Positions 1 to 10,871 of a DNA stretch of 64,000 nt are shown here, piece by piece (the first letter of the stretch is position 1; the number at the start of each line of letters is the position of its first letter). The position numbers and the translations under genes were made by a program. The notes beneath the pieces were generated by a model, which saw nothing but the letters and a program-made list of their open reading frames with translations, searched no databases and was not told where the DNA came from. Origin of the DNA: a virus; the IMG/VR virus record IMGVR_UViG_3300026263_000200, one strand, 5' to 3'.

Positions 1-1
1 A

Positions 2-1420
2 GAAAGATTTACTATTTGCAAACTACCTAGACAATCAGGTAAATCAACAACAACAATTGCATACTTATTACACTATGCAATATTTAATCCAAATTCAAAC
101 ATAGCTATTCTTGCCAATAAATCTTCTACTGCTAGAGATATATTAGGAAGATTACAATTAGCATATGAAAACTTACCAAAATATATACAACAAGGTGTTA
201 TCAATTGGAACAAAGGTAATATAGAGTTAGAAAATAAATCAACTATTATAGCGGCTGCTACATCTTCAAGTGCAATAAGAGGTGGTTCATTTAATATAAT
301 ATTTCTTGATGAGTTTGCTTTCGTACCTGCTAATATTGCTGAACAATTTTTTAGTTCAGTTTATCCTACTATTACATCTGGTAAAACTACAAAGGTTATT
401 ATTGTATCAACACCTCACGGTATGAATCAGTTTTATAAATTATGGACAGACGCTGAAAATAAAAGAAATGATTATGTACCAATTGAAGTACATTGGTCAG
501 AAGTTCCAGGTAGAGATGAAAAATGGAAAGAAACAACTATACGTAATACATCACAGGAACAATTCCAACAAGAGTTTGAGTGTGAATTTTTAGGTTCAGT
601 AGATACGTTAATCTCACCAGTAAAAATTAAAGCAACACCTTATATGACACCATTAACTTCAAGTGGTGGTTTAGATGTATTTGAAAAAGTTGTAAATGGT
701 AGAAATTATGTGGCTACTGTTGATGTAGCAAGAGGTGTAGATAGAGATTATTCAGCATTTTTAATATTTGATGTAACTCAAATGCCTTATAGAGTTGTTG
801 CCAAATATAGAAGTAATGAAGTTAAACCAATTTTGTTTCCACACTTAATACAAAAAGCGTGTAAGGGTTATAATAAGGCAGATATTCTTTGTGAAACAAA
901 TGATATAGGTCAACAAATAGGTGAATCATTAAACTATGAATTAGAATATCCTAATCTATTAATGACTACTCAAAGAGGAAGAGCAGGTCAGATATTAGGT
1001 GCTGGTTATAGTGGAAGAGGTTCTGGTTTCGGTGTTCGTATGACAAAACAGATTAAAAAAATTGGTTGTTCTAATATTAAGACATTAATTGAAGGCGATA
1101 AAATGGTTATAAATGATTTTAATATCATAGAAGAAATGTCAACTTATGCTCGTAAAGCAAATTCTTGGCAGGCAGAAGAAGGTTGTAATGATGATTTAAT
1201 GACTTGCCTTGTATTATTTGGATGGTTATCCAATCAACCTTATTTCAAAGAAATGACTAATACTAACGCCAGACAACAATTATATGAAGAACAAGAAAAA
1301 TTAATAGAGCAAGATATGGCACCTTTTGGTTTTGTAGATGATGGAACACCTGAATGGGAAAAACCAGAAGTAGATGAATATGGTACAGTCTGGCACCCAG
1401 TTGTTAGAAAAGGGTTATAA
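2..1420 (+). CDS. g17: Terminase large subunit gp17 (5' end lies outside the window)
   Basis: Frame is open from nt 2 (ERFTICKLPRQSGKST Walker A; IIFLDEFAF Walker B) into the listed 422..1420 ORF; nuclease motifs VDVARG and NDDLM; directly upstream of the sheath gene. Confidence 0.95.
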   Translation, partial: ERFTICKLPRQSGKSTTTIAYLLHYAIFNPNSNIAILANKSSTARDILGRLQLAYENLPKYIQQGVINWNKGNIELENKSTIIAAATSSSAIRGGSFNIIFLDEFAFVPANIAEQFFSSVYPTITSGKTTKVIIVSTPHGMNQFYKLWTDAENKRNDYVPIEVHWSEVPGRDEKWKETTIRNTSQEQFQQEFECEFLGSVDTLISPVKIKATPYMTPLTSSGGLDVFEKVVNGRNYVATVDVARGVDRDYSAFLIFDVTQMPYRVVAKYRSNEVKPILFPHLIQKACKGYNKADILCETNDIGQQIGESLNYELEYPNLLMTTQRGRAGQILGAGYSGRGSGFGVRMTKQIKKIGCSNIKTLIEGDKMVINDFNIIEEMSTYARKANSWQAEEGCNDDLMTCLVLFGWLSNQPYFKEMTNTNARQQLYEEQEKLIEQDMAPFGFVDDGTPEWEKPEVDEYGTVWHPVVRKGL

Positions 1421-1431
1421 ATTACGCTTAT

Positions 1432-1439
1432 TATAAATA
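1432..1439 (+). promoter_or_regulatory. T4-type late promoter TATAAATA (g18)
   Basis: Exact gp55 consensus in the intergenic region upstream of g18. Confidence 0.8.
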
Positions 1440-1533
1440 TCCATAGTAATGAAATTTGACTATGGTCGTATGAAAACATACGGAATATGTGAATATAAAG
1501 AAGTTAATTAGCTAATTATAAGGAGAAAACCTA

Positions 1534-3453
1534 ATGGCATTTCAAGTATCACCAGGTGTTCTCGTACAGGAAAAAGACTTAACAAGAATTATTCCTGCCG
1601 TTTCATCTTCTTCTGGAGCTTTTGCTGGAACTTTCAGTAAAGGACCTCTTGATGAAGTTATAAGTATCGGTAGCGAATCTGATTTGGTATCAACGTTTGG
1701 GAAACCAGATAACTCTAATTTTGAGAGTTATTTTAGTGCCTCAAACTTCTTGCAATACTCAAATAACTTGAAAGTAGTTCGTGTACAGAATTCATCTGTT
1801 TCAAACGCAACTGAAAGTGGTAGTTCGTTTGTAATAAAAAATACTACTGATTACCAAAACAACTATGCTGACGGTTCTGCTTCTGTAGGAATGTGGGCTA
1901 GTAGAACAGCTGGAGATTGGGGAAATAATTTAAGTATTTCTCAATGTCCTTCTGCTACTGCTTACGAAGAAATTAACAAAACAACTGTTGCTGACGCTTC
2001 AACAAGTGTCGGAGATACAGTAGTTTCAGTTACTTCTGCTACAGGAATAAGTGCTGGAGATATAGTTAACTTTGGTGATGAATATGAATATAGAGTTATT
2101 AGTATATCAACTAATGACTTGAACATTGTACGAAAAGAAGAACCTTCTTATTATGGTACTTCTGACTCATCTGGATTACAAGCGACAATTACAAATGGCG
2201 CTCAAGTAAGACGTAGATGGAGATATTATGATTTATTTAACAAGGCACCAGGAACATCTACTTACGCTCAAACAAGAGGTGGTAGTAATGACGAAATGCA
2301 TATTGCAATCGTTGATGAAGACGGTGGAATTAATGGCGTTAAAGGCGATATACTAGAAAAATTTGAAGCAGTTTCAAAAGCTTCAGATGGTAAATCACCT
2401 CAAGGCGACAGTAATTACTATTCAGACGTAATTTACAAATCAAGTAATTATGTTTATTGGATGGATCACAATTCTTCTGGTTCAAATTGGGGCACGGCGG
2501 CAGCTGGAACAACTTATACAGACGTAACTGCTATAAGTGATGTATCATTAATAAATGGTGCAAACGGTTCAGCAGCAACTACTGCTCAAACTAAAACTGC
2601 TTATGAAAAATACCAAGACGCTGAAACAACAGACGTTGGTCTTTTAATTGCAGGTTCAGGTGACGCAACACATATAGATAACTTAATTACAATCGCTGAG
2701 AAAAGAAAAGACGTAGTAGTTTTTGCTTCTCCAGAGAGAAGTGATGTAGTTAATGTATCAAATTCAAATACGCAAAAAGATAATGTTATAAATTTCTTTA
2801 ATGGAATTTCTTCATCTTCTTATGTGTTCTTTGATAGTGGATACAAATATATGTACGATAGATATAATGATGTCTATAGATATGTTCCTTTAAACGGAGA
2901 TATGGCTGGACTAGCGGCAAGAACCGATATGGTTGCTGACGCTTGGTATTCACCTGCCGGTTTAAATAGAGGTATCGTTAGAGGTGCAGTTAAACTAGCA
3001 TTTAATCCAACACAAACACAAAGAGATGAATTATACAGAGCAAGAGTAAATCCTGTGACTACGTTCCCAGGACAAGGAACTGTATTATTCGGTGATAAAA
3101 CTGGATTATCAAATCCTAGTGCATTTGATAGAGTTAATGTCAGAAGATTGTTCATAATTTTAGAAAAGGCAATTTCAACTGCTTCTAAAGTCCAACTATT
3201 TGAATTCAATGATGAATTCACTAGAGCTGGTTTTAGAAATATGGTAGAACCTTTTTTAAGAGAAGTACAAGGACGAAGAGGGATTACAGACTACCTAGTA
3301 GTTTGTGATGAAACTAACAACACAGGCGAAGTAATAGATAGAAATGAATTTGTAGCAGAAATTTTTGTAAAACCTGCTAGAAGTATCAACTTTATCTCAT
3401 TGCAATTCGTTGCAACAAGAACAGGCGTTTCTTTTGAAGAAGTCGCAGGATAA
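1534..3453 (+). CDS. g18: Tail sheath protein gp18
   Basis: MAFQVSPGVLVQEKDLT start; WYSPAGLNRG, FDRVNVRRLF, FEFNDEFTR, KPARSINFI motifs. Confidence 0.97.
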   Translation: MAFQVSPGVLVQEKDLTRIIPAVSSSSGAFAGTFSKGPLDEVISIGSESDLVSTFGKPDNSNFESYFSASNFLQYSNNLKVVRVQNSSVSNATESGSSFVIKNTTDYQNNYADGSASVGMWASRTAGDWGNNLSISQCPSATAYEEINKTTVADASTSVGDTVVSVTSATGISAGDIVNFGDEYEYRVISISTNDLNIVRKEEPSYYGTSDSSGLQATITNGAQVRRRWRYYDLFNKAPGTSTYAQTRGGSNDEMHIAIVDEDGGINGVKGDILEKFEAVSKASDGKSPQGDSNYYSDVIYKSSNYVYWMDHNSSGSNWGTAAAGTTYTDVTAISDVSLINGANGSAATTAQTKTAYEKYQDAETTDVGLLIAGSGDATHIDNLITIAEKRKDVVVFASPERSDVVNVSNSNTQKDNVINFFNGISSSSYVFFDSGYKYMYDRYNDVYRYVPLNGDMAGLAARTDMVADAWYSPAGLNRGIVRGAVKLAFNPTQTQRDELYRARVNPVTTFPGQGTVLFGDKTGLSNPSAFDRVNVRRLFIILEKAISTASKVQLFEFNDEFTRAGFRNMVEPFLREVQGRRGITDYLVVCDETNNTGEVIDRNEFVAEIFVKPARSINFISLQFVATRTGVSFEEVAG

Positions 3454-3473
3454 TTTAGGGGAGAAATAAAACA

Positions 3474-4001
3474 ATGGCAAACATAAATGATTTCAAAGCT
3501 AAACTTTCAGGTGGCGGAGCAAGAAGTAACCAATACAAAGTGGTTATGCCTTTTCCTGGCTACGCTCAAGTTGGCGGAGAAATAGAAGACCTAGCATTTT
3601 TATGTCAAGGCGCTGAACTACCTGGTATGGCAATCACAACGATTGAAGTACCTTTTAGAGGCAGAGCAATAAAAATCGCTGGAGATAGAACAATAGCGGA
3701 TTGGACTATCAAAGTAATAAATGATACCAATTTCAAATTGCGTAATGCATTTGAAAGATGGATGAACGGTATAAACAATATGACTGATAACGAGGGATTA
3801 ACTAATCCAGTTGATTACCAAGTTGACGCATTTGTAGACCAATTAGATAGAAACGGAAATACTATTAAGTCATACACTTTAAGAGGTGTATTTCCTTCAA
3901 GTATTAACGCAATTTCTTTGGATTACACTGCTAAAAACGACTTATCAGAAACAAGTGTAACTTTAGCGTTCCAATACTTTGAAAGTAACACAACTACTTA
4001 A
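3474..4001 (+). CDS. g19: Tail tube protein gp19
   Basis: GGARSNQY, FRGRAIKIAGDRT, LRNAFERW; synteny. Confidence 0.95.
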   Translation: MANINDFKAKLSGGGARSNQYKVVMPFPGYAQVGGEIEDLAFLCQGAELPGMAITTIEVPFRGRAIKIAGDRTIADWTIKVINDTNFKLRNAFERWMNGINNMTDNEGLTNPVDYQVDAFVDQLDRNGNTIKSYTLRGVFPSSINAISLDYTAKNDLSETSVTLAFQYFESNTTT

Positions 4002-4008
4002 AAACTAC

Positions 4009-4016
4009 TATAAATA
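4009..4016 (+). promoter_or_regulatory. Late promoter TATAAATA (g20)
   Basis: Exact consensus followed by AAGGAG RBS. Confidence 0.8.
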
Positions 4017-4042
4017 GTAGTGATATTTTAAGGAGATAAATT

Positions 4043-5572
4043 ATGGCTGAATTATTTGGATTTTCTATAACTCGGGTTAAAAAACCTACAGATCCAAAAC
4101 AAGCATTTACACAACCACAAGCGGATGATGGAACACAAACCATCGCCGCTGGTGGGTACTATGGTCAATACTTGGATATGGAAGGTCAGACAAAGACTGA
4201 ACAAGACCTTATCAGACGTTATAGAGAAATCGCTTTACACCCAGAATGTGATATGGCGATTGAAGATATTATAAACGAATCTATTGTTGCAAACGAAATG
4301 AAGGATGCAATTAGATTAAACCTAGATAACTTACCATTCGGTAAGGACGTTAGACGAAAAATAGAAGACGAGTTTAGAGAAGTTTTAAGATTAATGAACT
4401 TCCATACTAGAGGTCACGATATCTTTAGAAGATGGTACGTGGACGGTAGATTATATTATCATAAAGTAATTGATAGAGAATCTACAAGAAAAGGTATTAC
4501 AGAATTAAGATACATAGACCCTAGAAAAATTAAAAAGATTAGAGAAGTAAGAAAGAAAAGACCAGACGGACCTACTCCATATGGTTTAAATGTTATTGAT
4601 GATGTTAAAGAATACTTTTTATTTAATGAAAAGGGTGTAACTAATACAACATCAGGTGGAATTAAAATTGCTGTTGACGCAATAGCATTTTGTCCAAGTG
4701 GACTAATAGACCAAAACAAAAATATGGTCTTATCATATTTACATAAAGCAATTAAACCTGTTAATCAATTACGTATGATTGAGGACGCAAGTGTTATTTA
4801 CAGAATAGCAAGAGCACCTGAAAGACGTATATTTAAAATTGATGTTGGTAATTTACCTAAAGTAAAAGCAGAACAATACTTACGTGATGTTATGGCAAGA
4901 TATAGAAATAAACTTGTCTATGACGCAAGTACAGGTGAGATACGTGATGACAGAAACTATATGTCAATGCTTGAAGACTTTTGGTTACCAAGTAGAGAAG
5001 GTGGAAGAGGTACAGATATTACCACTTTACCAGGCGGTGCAAATTTAGGAGAGATGGCAGATTTAGAATACTTTAGAGCAAAACTTTATCGTTCTTTAAA
5101 TGTTCCAGCTAGTAGATTAGAAGCGTCAAGTGGATTTAATTTAGGTCGTTCAACAGAAATAACAAGAGATGAACTTAAATTTACAAAATTTGTACAAAGA
5201 TTAAGAAAGAAATTTACTGAAATATTTAACGATATATTAAGAACTCAATTAGTTTTAAAAGCCGTTATTACGGATGAAGATTGGTTAGTCATAAGGGATG
5301 TTCTCCAGTATGACTTTTTGCAAGATGGACACTTTGCTGAACTAAAAGATTCTGAAATGTTATTAGAAAGAATAAGACTTGCTAATGAAGTTAGAGATTA
5401 TGTTGGAAAGTATTTTTCAGTAGAGTACGTAAGAAAAAAAATCTTACGTCAAAACAATAGGGAGATTGAAGATATTAATAATCAAATTAAAAAAGAAGTT
5501 AAAGATGGTGTTATTGCTGACCCTATGCAACAATATCAATCTAGTAAAGATACTATAGAAGGAGATATGTAA
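4043..5572 (+). CDS. g20: Portal vertex protein gp20
   Basis: YRIARAPERRIFKIDVGNLPK, EDFWLPSREGGRGTDITTLPGG, ITRDELKF. Confidence 0.97.
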   Translation: MAELFGFSITRVKKPTDPKQAFTQPQADDGTQTIAAGGYYGQYLDMEGQTKTEQDLIRRYREIALHPECDMAIEDIINESIVANEMKDAIRLNLDNLPFGKDVRRKIEDEFREVLRLMNFHTRGHDIFRRWYVDGRLYYHKVIDRESTRKGITELRYIDPRKIKKIREVRKKRPDGPTPYGLNVIDDVKEYFLFNEKGVTNTTSGGIKIAVDAIAFCPSGLIDQNKNMVLSYLHKAIKPVNQLRMIEDASVIYRIARAPERRIFKIDVGNLPKVKAEQYLRDVMARYRNKLVYDASTGEIRDDRNYMSMLEDFWLPSREGGRGTDITTLPGGANLGEMADLEYFRAKLYRSLNVPASRLEASSGFNLGRSTEITRDELKFTKFVQRLRKKFTEIFNDILRTQLVLKAVITDEDWLVIRDVLQYDFLQDGHFAELKDSEMLLERIRLANEVRDYVGKYFSVEYVRKKILRQNNREIEDINNQIKKEVKDGVIADPMQQYQSSKDTIEGDM

Positions 5573-5928
5573 TGGCAGACGCAAGTATTCCAAGTAAGAC
5601 AGCGGAATTTATTGACAAATTGCAACAAGGTAAAAATGCAGACGCAGGAGAAGCGTTTAAGGATGCTTTAAGAGATAAAGTAGCAAGTGCTCTTGATAAA
5701 CAAAGAGTAGATGTAGCAGCTAAAGTTTTTAAAGGTGTAGAACCTGAAAAATTTAGTGCTGATAAACCAGCGGTAACTGAACCTAGTGCAAGAACAGATA
5801 AAATTATGGACACAAGTGGAAACGAAATTGCTTTTGAACCGACTAAAGAGCCGGCTCCAACAGCACCAGAACCTGAAGCGCCAACTATGGCACCAGGTCA
5901 CGAAACACCACCAGACGCAGGTGTATAG
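5572..5928 (+). CDS. Small acidic protein, probable prohead core component (gp67 position)
   Basis: Between g20 and g21, GGAG RBS; positional inference only. Confidence 0.5.
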   Translation: MADASIPSKTAEFIDKLQQGKNADAGEAFKDALRDKVASALDKQRVDVAAKVFKGVEPEKFSADKPAVTEPSARTDKIMDTSGNEIAFEPTKEPAPTAPEPEAPTMAPGHETPPDAGV

Positions 5929-5930
5929 AA

Positions 5931-6185
5931 ATGGATAACGAATATTTTTTTACAAGTAAAATATTTGAAGATACAAAGTATCTTGACTCTAAAACATATG
6001 GAGATTTATCTCCTAAAATGAAATTAGCAGTACAAGATACTTTTAAACTTATTGAAAGAACGTCTGGAGATATTGTAAGTAAATTTGAAAATTCAGTAGA
6101 TAAAGTTGCTGAAGCAAGAAAAATAAATAAAGAAGAATTATATCAATACTTTGATGACGAAGTAAACGAACAATTAGGAGCATAA
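5931..6185 (+). CDS. Hypothetical protein in head module
   Basis: Tightly packed ORF between g20 and g21. Confidence 0.5.
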   Translation: MDNEYFFTSKIFEDTKYLDSKTYGDLSPKMKLAVQDTFKLIERTSGDIVSKFENSVDKVAEARKINKEELYQYFDDEVNEQLGA

Positions 6186-6422
6186 ATGGCGTGGGTAGAT
6201 GTACCAGGATCAAATAGTGTTTGGCAATATGAAAATACTGCCACAGGTTCTAATACCTATTCAAGTGCTCCTGGAACATATTCAGGTGGTATAAGAACTT
6301 ATACTCAACCTGGAACTAGCGTAGCAACAAAAGTTTATGCTAGATGTAGAAAAAAAGGAACAACAGTAGAACGTGGCGAATTATCAAAAGATTTTTTTGA
6401 CGCTACACACGTAGGATTCTAA
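6186..6422 (+). CDS. Hypothetical protein, possibly virion structural
   Basis: AGGAG RBS, tight packing, G/S/T-rich. Confidence 0.55.
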   Translation: MAWVDVPGSNSVWQYENTATGSNTYSSAPGTYSGGIRTYTQPGTSVATKVYARCRKKGTTVERGELSKDFFDATHVGF

Positions 6423-6423
6423 T

Positions 6424-6816
6424 ATGGCAGATACAGTAGCAACACAAACAATAGCAGATACATCTGGAGTTAAATATGTTATAAAAATGACTAACTTTTC
6501 AGACGGTTCTGGAGAAACTAACGTACAAAAAATAGACGCTTCAGCGACTACTTTTATGAGTGAAGATGGTGAAAGACGTATAGCAAGAGTATATTATTCA
6601 GTTAATGTATCAGACGCAAAATCTGGTGTGGAATTAATATGGGACGGTGCTACAAATGCTACTGCTTTATTCCTTTCAGGACAAGGAACAATAGATTTAA
6701 GAACTGATGGAAACTCATTTAAAAATGACGCAACTACACCAACAGGTGATGTATTGTTAAGTACAAAGAACTTTGCTAAAGGCGATAACTACTCATTAAT
6801 CGTTGAATTTAGATAA
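6424..6816 (+). CDS. Hypothetical beta-rich protein, possibly virion structural
   Basis: T/S/G/D-rich ORF in the head operon. Confidence 0.55.
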   Translation: MADTVATQTIADTSGVKYVIKMTNFSDGSGETNVQKIDASATTFMSEDGERRIARVYYSVNVSDAKSGVELIWDGATNATALFLSGQGTIDLRTDGNSFKNDATTPTGDVLLSTKNFAKGDNYSLIVEFR

Positions 6817-6823
6817 GAAATCT

Positions 6824-6831
6824 TATAAATA
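6824..6831 (+). promoter_or_regulatory. Late promoter TATAAATA (g21)
   Basis: Exact consensus. Confidence 0.8.
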
Positions 6832-6846
6832 GTAAGAGAGAGAACT

Positions 6847-7494
6847 ATGAAACTAATTACCGAAGAAGCATTTGACTCAAAATTTCTTATAGAAGAAATT
6901 GACGGCAAAAAACAATTTAAAATTAAAGGTGTCTTTTTACAAGCAGATATCAAAAATAGGAACGGCAGAGTCTATCCTAAAGAGATATTGCAGAAAGAAG
7001 TATCAAGATACAATAGAGAATTTATCAATAAAAGACGTGCATTTGGCGAGTTAGGACATCCTGATGGACCAGTTGTAAATCTTGAAAGAGTAAGTCATAT
7101 GATAACGGACTTACATCCAGATGGATCAAATTTTGTTGGTGAAGCAAAAGTGATGGACACACCCTATGGTAAGATTGTTAAAAATCTTATCAACGAAGGT
7201 GCTCAATTAGGAGTATCTTCAAGAGGTATGGGATCACTAGTGCGTGGAAGAGGTGGCATTAATGAAGTAGGAAGAGATTTTTACTTAGCAACTGCCGCTG
7301 ACATTGTAGCAGACCCAAGCGCTCCAGACGCTTTCGTAGAAGGCATTATGGAGAATAAAGAGTGGGTATGGGACAATGGAGTTATCAAAGAGAGAGATAT
7401 TGAAGAGTGGAAACAGTATATAAATGAAGCAAAAAGACTACGTTTAGCGGAAGTGAAGGCGGATGTGTTTAAAAAATTCATTGAAAAACTATAA
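6847..7494 (+). CDS. g21: Prohead protease gp21
   Basis: NRNGRVYP, GELGHP, GVSSRGMGS, DIVADPSAPDAFV. Confidence 0.97.
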   Translation: MKLITEEAFDSKFLIEEIDGKKQFKIKGVFLQADIKNRNGRVYPKEILQKEVSRYNREFINKRRAFGELGHPDGPVVNLERVSHMITDLHPDGSNFVGEAKVMDTPYGKIVKNLINEGAQLGVSSRGMGSLVRGRGGINEVGRDFYLATAADIVADPSAPDAFVEGIMENKEWVWDNGVIKERDIEEWKQYINEAKRLRLAEVKADVFKKFIEKL

Positions 7495-7497
7495 TCT

Positions 7498-7505
7498 TAT
7501 AAATA
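7498..7505 (+). promoter_or_regulatory. Late promoter TATAAATA (g22/g23)
   Basis: Exact consensus. Confidence 0.8.
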
Positions 7506-7563
7506 TCTATTAACAAAGAGAGAACTAATTTAAACGTTTAAATTAATTAAGGAGAGTTTTCAA

Positions 7564-8787
7564 ATGGCTGAAACAGGAAAAATAGAAGCGTTAGAAGCAA
7601 AAGCAGTGCAAGAGGCGAATTCACCAAATGCACAAGCGGATGCTCCTAAAAAGAATGCTGTAGCGGCTGAACCTTCTCATATTGCTAAAATGAGTGAATA
7701 TGAAGATTTAGGTAAGGCAGTAGTTAAACCTACAGACAGCAATCCAGACGCAACTAAAAAAGTTACAAAAGTTTCTGGACAAGCTCCTCAAAAACATCAA
7801 GGCGCTGCTGACGCAATGCCTAAATTGACTGGTAGCAATACCAAGTTGGAGAATAAAGAAACTAAAAAAGACGAAGACGGTAAAGAAATAAAAGAAGGCG
7901 ACTTACCACCAGCACTTCAAAAAGCTATTGACGCTAAAAAAGATAAAAAAGATGTCAAAGAATCTGACGAAAAGAAAGATGAAAAAGCTAAAAAAGATGA
8001 TGACGCTGAAGTAAGAACAGAAGACGAAGACAAAGAAAAGAAAAAAGAGATTGACGTAAAAGAACACGTTGACGCTCTTATCGCTGGCGAAAAAGACTTA
8101 ACCGAAGAGTTTAAGACTAAAGCTGCTACCATTTTTGAAGCAGCAATCAAATCTAAAGTAAAAGAGATTGCAGAAGAAATGGAAACAGATTATAATAATA
8201 AATTAGAGCAAGAAAGTTCTAAAGCAAAATCTGAATTAACTGAAAAAGTTGATTCTTACCTTGCATACGTTGTTGAAGAGTGGATGAAAGAAAACGAAAT
8301 CGCTCTTGAAAGAGGTATCAAAGGGGAAATTGCTGAAGACTTTATTAATGGTTTGAAAAAATTATTTGAAGACCATTATATTGATGTTCCAGATGAAAAA
8401 TATAACGTGCTTGAAGACCAAGCAGGTAAAATTGAAAAACTGGAAAAAGACCTCAATGAGCAAATAGAAAAAAATGTTGAGTTAAACAAGGAAGTTGGAA
8501 CTAAAGTTAAAGATGAAATCAAAGCTAAAGTTTCTGAAGACCTTGCTGACACAGCAAAAGAAAAATTTGCTAAACTTGCTGAAGAAATTGAATACTCTAA
8601 CGCAAAAGACTATCAGAAGAAATTAGAAACTGTTAAAGAATCTTATTTTGGTAAGAAAGTTGAAACGAAAGAGAATCTAGATGATGTGGCGGCAGATGGA
8701 TCAGTTAATCCTGATTTATCAAATTCTATGGCTGCTTACAGCGCCGCTATAAGCAAAACTAAAGACATTAAGTTGTCTATTAAGTAA
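7564..8787 (+). CDS. g22: Prohead core scaffold protein gp22
   Basis: FKTKAATIFEAA, VDSYLAYVVEEW, LKKLFEDHYI; between g21 and g23. Confidence 0.93.
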   Translation: MAETGKIEALEAKAVQEANSPNAQADAPKKNAVAAEPSHIAKMSEYEDLGKAVVKPTDSNPDATKKVTKVSGQAPQKHQGAADAMPKLTGSNTKLENKETKKDEDGKEIKEGDLPPALQKAIDAKKDKKDVKESDEKKDEKAKKDDDAEVRTEDEDKEKKKEIDVKEHVDALIAGEKDLTEEFKTKAATIFEAAIKSKVKEIAEEMETDYNNKLEQESSKAKSELTEKVDSYLAYVVEEWMKENEIALERGIKGEIAEDFINGLKKLFEDHYIDVPDEKYNVLEDQAGKIEKLEKDLNEQIEKNVELNKEVGTKVKDEIKAKVSEDLADTAKEKFAKLAEEIEYSNAKDYQKKLETVKESYFGKKVETKENLDDVAADGSVNPDLSNSMAAYSAAISKTKDIKLSIK

Positions 8788-8809
8788 ATATATAGGGAGA
8801 TAAACACAT

Positions 8810-10150
8810 ATGTACTTATCTGAAACACACGAAAAAAAATGGCAGCCAGTACTAGAGCATCCTGATTTACCAAAAATTACTGATGCTTATAGACGTGCCG
8901 TTACTTCTGTGATATTAGAAAACCAAGAACGTGCTTCTAAAGAAGACAGCGCTTACTTGGCTGAAGCAGCTCCGACTAACGCAACAGGTAGTGCTGTTGC
9001 TAATTGGGATCCAATCCTAATTAGTTTAGTTAGAAGAGCTATGCCTAATCTAATAGCATACGACATTGCAGGAGTTCAACCAATGACAGGTCCTACAGGA
9101 CTTATTTTCGCTATGAGAAGTAGATATACTTCACAAGCTGGTGGAGAATCATTCTTTGACGAAGCTGATACAGATTTTAGTGGTAGAAATGCTGCTGGAT
9201 CATCTGTTGATGGTTTCTCGGAAAATGCTCACTCTGGTAGCAACCCAGGAGTCCTAAACGATGGATCACCTGGAACTTATACAACTGGTGGCGCAATGAC
9301 TACAGCGAAAGCTGAAGCATTAGGTGACGCTAGTGGTAATGCATTTGCTGAAATGGCTTTCTCAATTGAGAAATCTACGGTAACTGCTAAATCAAGAGCT
9401 CTTAAAGCTGAATACACTATGGAACTTGCTCAAGACTTAAAAGCAATCCACGGTTTAGACGCAGAAACAGAACTTGCAAACATCTTATCAGCAGAAATAC
9501 TTGCTGAAATTAATAGAGAAGTTGTAAGAACTATCTACATCAATTCAGAAAAAGGTGCTCAAACTGGTAACGTAACTACAGCGGGAATTTTTGACCTAGA
9601 TACTGACTCAAACGGACGTTGGTCTGTTGAGAGATTCAAAGGTCTTATGTTCCAACTTGAAAGAGATGCTAATAGAATAGCACAAAGAACAAGACGTGGA
9701 AAAGGTAATATAATTATCTGCTCTTCTGACGTTGCTTCTGCTCTTCAAATGGCTGGAGTATTAGATTACACACCAGCTCTTAACAACAATCTAAATGTTG
9801 ATGACACAGGTAATACTTTTGCAGGTGTTCTTAACGGTAGATTTAAAGTATACATAGACCCATACTCAGCAAACAGTAATGCTAAACAGTATTACGTTGT
9901 TGGATATAAAGGAACATCACCATACGACGCTGGTTTGTTCTATTGTCCTTATGTACCTTTACAAATGGTTAGAGCTGTTGGACAAGACACTTTCCAACCG
10001 AAAATCGGTTTTAAAACGAGATATGGCCTAGTTGCTAATCCGTTTGCTGAAACTGGTGCTCAGTCAGGTGCTGCTACAGCAGTAAATGACGCTGGAAGTG
10101 CTAACTCTAATAGATACTACCAAAAAGTTCAAGTTGCTAACTTGATGTAA
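8810..10150 (+). CDS. g23: Major capsid protein gp23
   Basis: GVQPMTGPTGLIFAMR, SRALKAEYTMELAQDLKAIHGLDAE, FQPKIGFKTRYG. Confidence 0.98.
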   Translation: MYLSETHEKKWQPVLEHPDLPKITDAYRRAVTSVILENQERASKEDSAYLAEAAPTNATGSAVANWDPILISLVRRAMPNLIAYDIAGVQPMTGPTGLIFAMRSRYTSQAGGESFFDEADTDFSGRNAAGSSVDGFSENAHSGSNPGVLNDGSPGTYTTGGAMTTAKAEALGDASGNAFAEMAFSIEKSTVTAKSRALKAEYTMELAQDLKAIHGLDAETELANILSAEILAEINREVVRTIYINSEKGAQTGNVTTAGIFDLDTDSNGRWSVERFKGLMFQLERDANRIAQRTRRGKGNIIICSSDVASALQMAGVLDYTPALNNNLNVDDTGNTFAGVLNGRFKVYIDPYSANSNAKQYYVVGYKGTSPYDAGLFYCPYVPLQMVRAVGQDTFQPKIGFKTRYGLVANPFAETGAQSGAATAVNDAGSANSNRYYQKVQVANLM

Positions 10151-10183
10151 TATCATTGGTTAGAAACATTTTCTAACAGAATT

Positions 10184-10216
10184 AAGGGAGGGCGTTCTTA
10201 CGTCCTCCTTTTTTTT
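10184..10216 (+). terminator. Rho-independent terminator after g23
   Basis: Stem AAGGGAGGGCG-ttctta-CGTCCTCCTT followed by a T run. Confidence 0.85.
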
Positions 10217-10231
10217 GGCCTAAAGTTCACA

Positions 10232-10239
10232 TATAAATA
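10232..10239 (+). promoter_or_regulatory. Late promoter TATAAATA (g3)
   Basis: Exact consensus. Confidence 0.75.
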
Positions 10240-10244
10240 GTACT

Positions 10245-10871
10245 ATGACAATAAAACAATCATACAAAAGGCAACCAACAAAGTTTGATTATGCCGCTCC
10301 AACGCAGTTTAGATTTACTATTACAAAACTTCCTAAAGTAGAATTCTTTTGTACAGCAGTAAATTTACCAGGCATAACATTAGAAGGTAATATGGAACAG
10401 GAAACGCCATTGAAAAATATACCTTTACCTGGAGATAAATTAGCATACAGTCCATTAAGTATGGATTTTATGGTTGATGAAAATTTAGAAAACTATAGAG
10501 AGATACACGGTTGGTTAACTGGTTTAGGTTTTCCTAAAGATAGAGCACAATTTAGAAATTTACTTGGTGGTGGTGCAGATAGATTCCCAACATCTACTGG
10601 TGCAAAGCAAGAAACAGACGCAGGTATTGTAAGAAACGAAGCAGGTGCCACAGGTGCTGTTTATTCAGACGCAACATTAAGTATATTAACAAGCAAAAAT
10701 ACAACAAATATTCAAGTCAGATTTGCAGACGTATTTCCTACAGCATTATCTGGATTGAATTATAATCAACAACAAACGGATGTAAACTATTTAATAGCAA
10801 CAGTAACTTTCCAATACAAAATATATGAATTTGCAGAAGGAAGTGGTAAGGTAACCGAAACAATTACGTAA
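10245..10871 (+). CDS. g3: Tail completion / tube terminator protein gp3-like
   Basis: PKVEFFCTAVNLPGI, FMVDENLENYREIHGW, YSDATL; typical position between g23 and uvsY. Confidence 0.85.
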   Translation: MTIKQSYKRQPTKFDYAAPTQFRFTITKLPKVEFFCTAVNLPGITLEGNMEQETPLKNIPLPGDKLAYSPLSMDFMVDENLENYREIHGWLTGLGFPKDRAQFRNLLGGGADRFPTSTGAKQETDAGIVRNEAGATGAVYSDATLSILTSKNTTNIQVRFADVFPTALSGLNYNQQQTDVNYLIATVTFQYKIYEFAEGSGKVTETIT